The notes under the pieces: model-generated | Seen by the model: only the letters and a program-made list of their open reading frames with translations | Told to the model about the DNA's origin: nothing | The model's database searches: none | Shown: positions 54,867 through 64,000 of the stretch, in pieces | How the letters are laid out: every line of letters starts with the position of its first letter | How positions within the stretch are numbered: the first letter of the stretch is position 1 | Made by a program: the position numbers and the translations under genes | Assembly: GCA_951406725.2 (NCBI GenBank) | Contig: OX597817.1 | Location: forward strand, 48,298,001 to 48,362,000 | Source: Octopus vulgaris | Taxonomy: Eukaryota | Reading direction: 5' to 3' | Length of the DNA stretch: 64,000 nt

Positions 54867-56639
54867 GATTTTATTACTACCCACAAGGGCGAACATAGAG
54901 GGGACAATACAATCGGGGAACTTAAAATAAGAAAGCGAATGACAAGAAAAGGAAAAAATAAAAGTAATAATGGCATATGAAAGAATATTTACAATGAGAT
55001 GTAAATGTCCACTCGATCCCCGGAATCAAGAGGTTACATTTTCGTCAGTTTTATCACATATATTTCACCAAATTTTTTCTTTTTTTTTTTCCTCTCACAA
55101 TTTTACATATATTCTATGATTTTTTCTACTCCTCTGAAGTCCATCACTGAATCCTCAGGCAGCCGCTCTCTTACTCGAACCTTCGTGTAAAATATTACAT
55201 TTTCCCCAGCAGCTCTGAGGAACTCAGCGGCACTTTCTTCGGGGATTAGAGCAGTCTCCTGCCACCGGTCGGTCATCCTGTTGACCCATATATGTCCCTC
55301 CGTTTTACTTGTCAAGTCATTCATTACAGGGCAGAAATGGTAGGTTACTAACTTGTAGTAATAGTAATCTTGTTTCCACCCTGCGTTTTCCTTCATCTTC
55401 CTTTTCGGGCTTATTTCTTCCTTGTTCTCCTCTCTTTGTTTCTCTCTTTCTCTCTTTTTGCCTTCTTTTCTTTCTCCTTCCTTCTCTTGTCTTTTTGGCT
55501 CTTTGTCTGTTTTCTCTTTCTCTCGTGCTTTATGTTCCTTTCCTGTATTTTCTTTTTCCTTTTGTATGCCGTCTTTTCTTTTCGTTTGATTCTGATCTCT
55601 CTCTTGTTTTTTTCCTATTGTTTCTTTTTCCTTTTTTTTTTCCTGACTCTGTTTTGGTTCTATTTCTTTTTTTCTATTATTTCTTTCTCCTTCATTGACT
55701 TATTATTTCCTTTCTCTTGTTGTTTTGTTTCCTTTTCTATGCTTTCTTTCTCATTTATAGTATTCTTCTTTTCTTCAAGTTCCTGCTCGCACACCGCTAC
55801 AAATTCATATAACGGGCACTCTTTTTTAATGTACCCCCTTGTCCCACACAAGTAACAGTTTGGTTTTCTCCCCTCTACAATTACGCTGAGGGTTTTTTCC
55901 TCTTCAATTTCAATTCTGTAGGGAAACCTTTCAATATCCTCTTTTGTGACCATAAGCCACAATTCTAACCCATATCCTCTCCAGTTTACCGCGTTGGACT
56001 CCTTAATTGATTCCACCTCCACTTCCTCTTCTGCTGCTCCTAGAATAGCTGTTGCCAGCCATTCTATTTTCACTTCTGGGGGTATATTCGGGATTTTAAC
56101 CCGGACCCCTCTTCTTCCCTTATATGAGGACCACATTGTGAATTTTTCGGCTCTTAGTACGGTGGTAGCCAGTGAGGCCGCAATTTCCTCCGTTGCACAT
56201 CTCACCTCCACCGTACCAAACTCACGTAGGTTATTTTCCCCATTATGTCTCCCAGACATTTCTCAATTTCGTCTATCTCTACTCTTGCCAGTTTCTTCGT
56301 ATTCTTGTCTTGGGTTCTATATGTCACCGTCTTGCTTTCTTTATCCTCTTTTGCTTTCGCGGGGGGGATTAGCTTCACGCTATCACCCTCCCTTTTGAAA
56401 AGCTTTTCATATTCTTTGAGTTTCTCCTTCTCAAAGAACACCTCCCTTACAATTATCGACGAATCGTTATTTTTTCCGGTTCCCCCGCGTAAGTCGCCAT
56501 GACTAGAGGGTCAATACACCTTCTTCGGAAGGTTTCCACACGTGGAGGCAAACGCCTCGCGCGATATCAAATCAATTTACACAGAAAAAATTCACCGTCT
56601 GGTCACAACTAACAACACACACTCGATTAAGACTGCAAT
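54867..56639 (-). mobile_element. ORF1-only non-autonomous Tx1-type element B
   Basis: ORF1 (ATG 56500 to ~55103, frameshifted) with VEGRKPNCYLCGTRGYIKKEC. No EN or RT. 3' end shared with A. Confidence 0.85.
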
Positions 56640-58589
56640 GATTTTATTACTACCCACAAGGGGCGAACATAGAGGGGACAGTACAATCGGAGAAAAAAAA
56701 AATAATGAAATATGAAATATGTATAAATGTGGTGTAATGCCCCAACCAATCCCCGAAATCAGGTGGTTACATTTCGTCGTTTTTAATTACATTTTATAAT
56801 GTTTTCAAAAGTAACAAATTCATTTTTCAGCATTTCGCAATACATTTCAATACATTTCAAAGTATAATTTCAAAATACATTATCAATTACAAAAAATTGT
56901 TTTCACAAATTCACATATAAAGCTTTCGCAATACATCTTTAAGATTTCAAAATACATTTGAAATAAACAAAAGTCTTTCCAAATTCTCTTTTTCTTTTTT
57001 TTTTTCTTATAATTTTAAATTAGTTCCATTACCTTTTTTAGGTCATTGTAATTTTCCATCTCACGTGGGTACCTTAGCAGTCGGCACTTCGTGTGTCTTG
57101 TTACGTTCATACCAGCGGCCTCGATAAACGCATCGGCGTTGTCTTCATGGACCAGTGCACCCGTTTCCTTCCACTCCGTGCCCATCCTGACCCATGAATA
57201 ACCCTCCGTTTCACTAATTAATTCCTCCATCTCCCCACAGTGTCTATATTGTACCAATGTTCCGTAAAATTTGTATCTTTTATTTGACCCTATGTTTTCT
57301 TTAGTTTTCCTCTTCGGACTTACTTCTTCTTTACCTTCCTCTCTCGGTTTTTCTCTTTCTCTCTTTTTGCTTTCCTTTTCTTTTTCCTTCTCTTGTCTTT
57401 TTGGTTCTTTGCCTGTCGTATGTTCTTTTCCTGTTTTTTCTTTTTCTTTTTGTGTAGCAGCCTTTCCTTTCTCTTGATTCTGTTCCTTCTCTTGTTTTTT
57501 TTTCTGTTTTTTCTCATTCCTTTATTTTACTTACTTTTTCTTTCTCTATTACCTGTGACTTTTGTTCTTTTTCTATTAATTTCTTCCCTTTGCTTTCATT
57601 TTCCTTCTGTGTATTGTTATTTCCTTTTACCGTTGTTTCCTTTTCCTTGCTTTCTTTCTCCTTTAGAGTATTGTTCCCTTCTTCGGTTTCTTTTTCTTTC
57701 TCTTTTTTGTTTTCCTCTGCTTTTTCACACTCCGCCACGAATTCGTATAGCGGACATTCTTTTTGAATGTGAGCTCTTGTCCCACATAAATGACAGTTGG
57801 GTTTCCTCCCCTCAACGATTACGGAGAGGGTTCTACCATCTTCTACTTCTATTTGGAAGGGAATTCTATCTATATCGCTGTTTGTGGTCGTCAGCCACAT
57901 CTCTACTCCGAATCCCTTCCATTTCATTGTGCTAGTCTCCTTTATCGATCCAATTTCTATATCTTCCTCAGCTGATCCTAGGATGGCTGTTACCAGCCAT
58001 TCTGGTTTTAAATCTGGGGGTATATTTGGGATTTTAACCCGTACCCCTCTTTTCCCTTGTAGGTAGGCTACATGACGAAGTTTTCGGTTCTGAGTACGGT
58101 GGTAGCTAGCGAGGCCGCAACTTCTTTTGTTGCGTACCTCACCTCCACCGTACCATATTTCTTGCCTCTGCACACAAAGGTAGCCTTTTTCATAACGTCG
58201 TCCAGACATTTTTCTATGTCTTCTATTGCTATTCTTGATAGCTTTCGTGTGGTCGTGTCCTGTGTCCTATAAATTATAGTTTTGTCCTCTTTTTCCTCCT
58301 TTGCTTCAGCAGGGGGGGGGGGACCAGCTTCACTCTGTCACCCTCCCTTTCAATGAATTTCTCAAATTCCTCTAGCTGTTCTTTTTTAAAGAACACCTCT
58401 CTTACTGTCAGCGGCGTATCGCTTTTCATTGCGGCGACCCCCGCGTAAGTCTCCATGACTTGAGGGTCGGCGCACTTTCTACAAAAAGTTTCTAACGCGC
58501 AGCGGCAAATGCCTCGCGCGATTCAAATTTTTTTCAATTTCTATATACAAAATTAACAATTACTTAACACACGCGATTAAAACTGCGAT
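56640..58589 (-). mobile_element. ORF1-only non-autonomous Tx1-type element C
   Basis: ORF1 (ATG 58456 to ~57015, frameshifted) with VEGRKPNCHLCGTRAHIQKEC. No EN or RT. 3' end shared with A. Confidence 0.85.
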
Positions 58590-58939
58590 TGTCAGCTCTT
58601 CTTTTTTCTCTACATTGTATGCTTTATAGACAATAGTCTTTTCTTTAATTTAATTTTTGATTATCCATCTGGACTATTCCATTTCTGCACGCTAATTATA
58701 TTTTTAATTTCTTCCCATTCATGTGAAACCACTTATTCAAGTTCAAATCATTGATGCAATTTTATACCAATTGCTATTTTTACTTTTGTATGTTACGATT
58801 ATAATATACTTTAGTTTGATTTAAATTATTTCCTACTACATATAATTAAATTGTTATTATTATTTTTATTGTTAAAGTGAAAGCATCTGACATAAAATAG
58901 AGAAATATTTTTGTTTCACTTTTAACACGTAATACTGAA

Positions 58940-59228
58940 ATAGTGGAAAAGATATAATATTGCTATAGGCTCGCTCTAGACAAGAATTTGAACTTTTTTC
59001 TTGCCCATGAAACTACATGGACCCTAAGTAAGGCATGTGTAATATTTGAATGAAATTGGTTGTCTAGTTCTCAAGTTTTAGGGAATCGTAGTGGAGAAGA
59101 TATGATATTGCTGTGGGCTCGCCCGAGGCAAAAAATAAAAAAATTGCCGATGACACTCCCCGGACCCTAAGTAAGGCATGTGTAAAATTTGAATGAAATT
59201 GGTTGTGTAGTTCTCAAGTTTTAGGGAA
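58940..59228. repeat. ~145-bp imperfect tandem duplication near the Helitron 5' end
   Basis: GGACCCTAAGTAAGGCATGTGTAA at 59019 and 59162. Confidence 0.9.
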
Positions 59229-59287
59229 ACACACAGACACACATTCTCAATTTTATATATATAAAGATATATATATATACTTATATT

Positions 59288-59600
59288 ATCATCATGATCA
59301 TCATCATCATCATTTAACGTCCGTTGTCCATACTGGCATAGGTTGGACGGTTTGACTGGGCTGGCATGCTAAAAGGCTGTGCCAGGCTCCAGTTTAATTT
59401 AGCTTGGTTTACTTCAGTTGAATTCCCTTCCTAATGCCAACCACTCTAAGAGCGTAATGAGTGCCTTTATGTGCCACCGGCTGTTTGCCATTTGCATGAC
59501 AATGACATCAGCCACAACTGCAATTTTGCTCAGTTTCATGGGTCTCTTCTCAAGCATGACATAAGGCCAAAGGTCTTGGTCATTGCCTCCGTGAGGCCCA
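59288..59600 (-). mobile_element. RTE LINE 3' fragment
   Basis: (CAT)n followed by TTTAACGTCCG...GGTTGGACGG, as at 13815. Confidence 0.8.
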
Positions 59601-60119
59601 ACACTCGAAAGGAACTCGGCTACTTTGCCTCCATGAGGCCCAACACTCGAAATTAACTAAGCTACCTCGCCTCTGTGAGGCTCAACACTCAAAAGGAACT
59701 CGGCTACTTTGCCTCCGTGAGGCCCAACACTCGAAAGGAACTCGGCCACTTTGCCTCCATGAGGCCAAATGCTCGAAATGAACTCAGCCACTTTGCCTCC
59801 ATGAGGCCCAACACTCGAAAGGAACTAAGCTACCTCGCCTCTGTGAGGCCCAACACTTGAAAGGAACTCAGCTACTTTGCCTCCATGAGGCCCAACACTC
59901 GAAAGGAACTAAGCCACCTCGCCTCTGTGAGGCCCAACACTCGAAAGGAACTTGGCTACTTTGCCTCCATGAGGCCCAACACTCAAAAGGAACTCGGCCA
60001 CTTTGCCTCCATGAGGCCCAACACTCGAAATGAACTAATCCACCTCGCCTCTGTGAGGCCCAACACTTGAAAGGAACCACCTTGCCTCCATCAGGCTCAA
60101 TGCTAAAATGGAACTCAGC

Positions 60120-60120
<1 letters not shown>
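59583..60120. repeat. 42-bp minisatellite, ~12 units
   Basis: Unit TTGCCTCCRTGAGGCCCAACACTCGAAAGGAACTCRGCYACT. Confidence 0.95.
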
Positions 60121-60151
<31 letters not shown>

Positions 60152-60159
60152 AGCAGATA

Positions 60160-60580
60160 TAAAATTATAATTTAGGGTATCTAAGAGATACCACCAAGCT
60201 TGAAATAGCAGCCAAAAATTGACTCTAAAACCACATTAAAAGTTCAAATATGTTCTATGCTGTGTATATTCCGCTGATGAGGCAAAGCATTTCTTATGCA
60301 AAGTCAGAAATCCGGGATCTGGAATTATCTAGTAATTTTTTTGCTAGTTTATTTTGTCTTTTTTTTCTTCTCTCCTGGTGCTGTACAAACTTTTAATGTG
60401 GTTTTAGAGTCAAGTTTTGGCTGCTATTTCAAGCGTGGTGGTATCTCTTAGATACACTAAATTATAATTTTAATAATAATTATTACCTTTGAAGGTTTTT
60501 ATTCCCATACTGTCCACTTGATAAGTTTGATATTTAAATAACGATCTTATCCTTATTTATATAAATTTATAGGCACATAT
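60160..60580 (+). mobile_element. PLE-type unit with ~84-bp inverted arms around a hammerhead
   Basis: 60161-60244 is the reverse complement of 60388-60471. Confidence 0.7.
60268..60325 (+). ncRNA. Type I hammerhead motif
   Basis: attccg-CTGATGA-ggc...gtca-GAAA-TCCGGGA-TC-tggaat. Confidence 0.75.
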
Positions 60581-60719
60581 ACATATGATATATAATATAT
60601 TGTTCACACACACATATATATAAAGGTTTCTAAGCTTCTTTCCTTTTTCCTTTGTAAGAAGCTGTTCATCTTCCTTATTTTACTTATATCCCTGTGTTTT
60701 TTCTATCTTGCGAGTTTCA

Positions 60720-60937
60720 CAGCAACTTCACTAGTGCCTGTGCCATGGCAAAAGCACCCAGCACATTCTGTTAAGTGGTTGGCATTAGGAAGGACCATCA
60801 AAGCCATACCAGAGCTGGCACTGAAGATTCAAGTGGCCTTGTAGCTCACTGGAATCTGACAAATGATCGAACAATCCAACTCTTGCCAGCATGGGAAGCA
60901 AACATTAAATGATGATGGTTATAATGATGGTGATGGT
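60720..60937 (+). mobile_element. Old RTE-tailed fragment (SINE or LINE 3' end)
   Basis: AAAGCACCCAG...GTGGTTGGCATTAGGAAGG...CATTAAATGATGATG. Confidence 0.65.
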
Positions 60938-60969
60938 ATACTGTCTTCATTCTCCTGTGAATCTGTTAT

Positions 60970-61240
60970 CTTTTTTCTTTAACTCGTTTGAGTCGTTATA
61001 CTGTGGCCATGCTGGTGCACCGTCTTGAAGGATTTTTAGTCGAATGAATTGATCCCAGTATTTAATTTTTGCTAAGCCTTGTACTTATTTTATCATTCAC
61101 TTTTACTAAACCACTAAGTTACAAGGATGTAAACACACCAACAGCAATTGTCAAGTGGTGGTGGGGGACAAACTGAGTCACAAACACAAACACATACATA
61201 TCTATGACAGGCTTCTTTCAGTTTCCATCTACCAAGGCTT
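60970..61240 (-). mobile_element. Diverged partial copy of the SINE at 785-1194
   Basis: CTGTGGCCATGCTGGTGCAC...GTAAACACACCA...CTTTCAGTTTCC. Confidence 0.75.
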
Positions 61241-61610
61241 TGGCAACGATCACGCTCGGATGGTGCTTTTGGCACCCTACTAGCATGGGCACAAGTGCCA
61301 GTAAGGCGACGCTGGTAACAGTCACACTCGAATGGTGCCTTTTATGTGCCACTGGCACGGAAGCCAGTTAGCTGCTCTGGCAACGATCATGCTCGGATGG
61401 TGCTCTTGGCACCCTACTAGCATGGGCACAAGTGCCAGTAAGGCGACGCTGGTAACGGTCACACTCAAATGGTGCCTTTTATGTGCCACTGGCACGGAAG
61501 CCAGTTAGCGGCTCTGGCAACGATCACACTCGTATGGTGCTCTTTGCACTCTGCTAGCACGGATGCCAGTCATCGAATTTGATTTCACTTGCCTCAACAA
61601 GTCTTTGTAA
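61240..61610 (-). mobile_element. RTE 3'-UTR repeat fragment with a tandem duplication
   Basis: Repeated GATGGTGC...GTGCCACTGGCACGGAAGCCAGT units, as at 14000-14250. Confidence 0.7.
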
Positions 61611-62853
61611 GCAAACCTCTGCAATTAAAAATATCATCTTACTTGAAAACAGATAACGGTTATCAACAAGAGCATCTGGCCATAAATATCCTGCTTCACG
61701 TAAATCCTTGTCCAAACCCTTAAAAGCATTGAAAACATGGTAAAAACAAACAAGTGACATTTGTGAGAGATTGTCTTACCAAATAAGCACAATGAAATGA
61801 AGCAATACAGACAAGTGTTGAAGTAAATTATAAAACAATAACTTTAATTTTCCGAAGAAACTTATAGAAAATACATTTTGAAAGTTATAAAAATACATTT
61901 TGAAGGTTAAAAAAATACATTGAGAAAATTATAAAAAATATTTCTTGAATTATAACAGCTTTTTGTTGAGGAGCTAAAGAATAACAACAACTATAAGGAA
62001 GTAAAAAAAAAAACCTTTTTAAACAGATATTTTGATATTTTTTCCATTAACTCTGTAACCATACTTGTTTCTATTATCTTTCAAATTATTTAGTAAGTTA
62101 CCATAAACAGATATTTTTTTGTACTAGCAAATACCAGTAATTATTATGGAGGTTTAAGCTCTGCCAATCATTTCTCCTAGTTGCACTTGTATGACATAAA
62201 GGATTATGGGGACTCATTGCTGTCATCATTAATTATCACAGGTAATTTACTTATATTAATTCAATCCACACATGCCCTATTCCCGGTAATTTTTCTCTCC
62301 AAGAAGGAAAAATTATTATTAGTATCCTGAGTAAAGTTAGTGATCGTGAGCCTTTCCCAAACATATTAGTAGTGTTAGCAAAAGTGAAACGGCTTCATTG
62401 AATAATCAAGAGCTGTTAAAGGATTTTCCCCTTGGAAACTTAAGTATTTGTTTACATTTACAGCATTCATCACAGCAAATTATTAGGTTCTCAGATAAAT
62501 TTGTTTCCCTTTTCTTCCATTTATTTCAATCCTTTCCAATGTTATTTGAATAAACACAAATTGTTTATATTATAATGTTATATGCCTTTTATTTGTTATT
62601 TTTGTTTTGTAGCTTTACTCTTTCTCAACAACTTTTCGTTTATCGTTATAGAAGTTTGAATGAATCTTACTTCGTTTCAGACATGTAGCATTGAATTACC
62701 AAGTAGGAGAAACAAAAACAAAACAATTTCATCTGACAACCAAATAGTATAAATTTGTGGCAGAAATTCTATTGAGAGAAAGTATGGTACAATGATGTAT
62801 AAGAAAATAGAGAAAATGTTGTTATAATGACTCAAAGGACACAAAAATGTTGC

Positions 62854-62997
62854 CTAAGAACCATTGCTGATTTTGTACATATCTGAAACTTGTTGCTGAA
62901 AAGTTTTCAATAATTGGAATCGTTTATTCTTCAGTGTCGCTGAAATGAGACCATTTTCAATTCCGAATGGGACCGAAGTGATAGTGATAGCCTTTAC
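62854..62997 (-). CDS. ACSL: Terminal coding exon of a long-chain acyl-CoA synthetase (ACSL1/5/6-like)
   Basis: Acceptor TTTTTTTCTGTTTCAG|, then VKAITITSVPFGIENGLISATLKNKRFQLLKTFQQQVSDMY...*. This matches the ACSL C-terminal F.IENGLLTPTLK.KR.....F...I..LY pattern. Confidence 0.85.
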   Translation of the reverse strand, partial: VKAITITSVPFGIENGLISATLKNKRFQLLKTFQQQVSDMYKISNGS

Positions 62998-63117
62998 CTG
63001 AAACAGAAAAAAAAAATTTTTTTTTCTTTTTTGCACACAGGTAGAATATTATAGATTTTATGAAAAAGAAGATACAAAGTGAGTGACTTGATCTGAGATC
63101 GTGTGCTGGAACGAAAA

Positions 63118-63298
63118 CAATTGCAGCGTGGAAGGTGTTTATAAGCCATTTAAGATGCAGCACGAAGTTTTGTCAGTGAACAGGTCGCAGTTTCAAAGTG
63201 ACGAAAATATTTTGACAAATTAAATTTAAATGTTGAAGTGAATCTAACGGTTTTTGTGCGTTTCTCAAATGGCTTATAAACACCTTCCATGTAGCAAG
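63118..63298 (+). mobile_element. ~180-bp inverted-repeat element enclosing a hammerhead-like motif
   Basis: TGGAAGGTGTTTATAAGCCATTT ... AAATGGCTTATAAACACCTTCCA. Confidence 0.65.
63169..63219 (+). ncRNA. Type I hammerhead motif (G3-C8 core)
   Basis: tttgtca-GTGAACA-g-gtcgc...gtgac-GAAA-ATAT-TT-tgacaaa. Confidence 0.65.
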
Positions 63299-63349
63299 AT
63301 ACAAAGTTATGTAGAGTTAATGCAATGTAAAGTTAATTTAATATTTGAT

Positions 63350-63535
63350 TACAATTTTTGGCACAAGGCCTGCAATTTCTGGGGAGGGGACTAGTCGATT
63401 ACATACTATATTTTATTAACCTTAAAAGGATAAAAGGCAAAGTCGACCCGGGTGGCATTTGAACTCAGAATGTAAAAGCGGAAGAAATGCCACAAAGTAT
63501 TTTTTCCCAGTGCAGTAACAGTTCTGCCAGCTCAC
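63350..63535 (-). mobile_element. tRNA-derived SINE with a Meta-like central domain
   Basis: Minus strand GAGCTGGCAGAAC...GAGTTCAAATGCC (B box)...GGTCGACTTTGCCTTTTATCC. Confidence 0.7.
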
Positions 63536-63569
63536 TACTGTATGGTAATCCAGTCATCATCATCATCAT

Positions 63570-64000
63570 TGGCAACAAAAGACTCTCTCTCTCAGAGTGA
63601 AAAGTAGACTGTATGATGTTTGTGCATGAATGGCTATATTCCATGGTACTGAGACATGGGCTCTGAATGCAGAAGATATGCACAGACTGGAGTGAAATGA
63701 AGGTCGTATGCTCCATTGGCTGTGCAACATCAGTGTGCATGTATGACAAAGTGCAAATGTATTGAGAGAAAAGTTGTGTGTAAGAGGAGCCAAATGTAGC
63801 ATGCAAGAGAGAAGACTACATTGGTTTGGACATGTGACGCATATGAATGAGGAAAGCTGCATAAAGAAGTGCCAATCACTGAAAGTGGATGGTACCTGCA
63901 GAAGAGGGGAGACCCAAGAAGACATCGGATGAAGTGGTGAGGAGAAATCCCAGGATGTTGGGCCTCACAGAGGAAATGACAATAAACCAAGATATCTGAC
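63570..64000 (+). mobile_element. Degenerate RTE ORF C-terminal fragment
   Basis: Homologous to 14583-15047 (LRVKSRLYD...RRLHWFGHV). Confidence 0.8.

Larger units (their letters stand above)
49419..59267 (-). mobile_element. Non-autonomous Helitron (~0.9 kb of its own sequence) interrupted by the Tx1 array
   Basis: Minus 5' end A|TCTTTATATATATAAAATTGAGAATGTGTGTCTG at 59267. The 3' end is hairpin GACCC...GGGTC (49430-49448), a short spacer and CTAG|T at 49419. Internal tandem repeats are present. Confidence 0.72.

Noticed and set aside
55309-57935. Phe/Leu-rich membrane-like ORFs on plus (also 5824-6162)
   Set aside because: They are antisense to K/E-rich ORF1 linkers or are trinucleotide repeats.
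54867-58589. LTR retrotransposon gag or solo LTRs
   Set aside because: No TG...CA LTRs, PBS, protease or integrase. The ORF is homologous to the Tx1 ORF1.
59583-60120. CRISPR-like array
   Set aside because: No unique spacers and no cas genes. It is a eukaryotic RTE-derived minisatellite.

Overview
Repeat-saturated animal genomic DNA, most likely Octopus (inferred from the tRNA/CORE-type SINEs, RTE LINEs and microsatellite load). The only recognisable host gene piece is the last coding exon of a long-chain acyl-CoA synthetase (62854-62997, minus). About 8.3-49.4 kb is a nest of roughly 14 CR1/L2-group LINE copies from five families, almost all abutting (TA)n/(TACA)n tracts. Many Penelope-like (PLE) fragments are interspersed, carrying about ten hammerhead ribozyme motifs, several with covariant cores. 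The most striking structure is at 49.4-59.3 kb. There a non-autonomous Helitron contains a head-to-tail array of one full-length Tx1-clade retrotransposon and two ORF1-only partners. All three share a ~48-nt 3' end and all three 3' ends sit directly before ATT(C/G)CAGTCT, a motif that the 5' ends of the elements themselves resemble. The many ORFs rich in Y/I/C/V/M/H/T are microsatellite artefacts. All calls were made by eye and no database searches were run.
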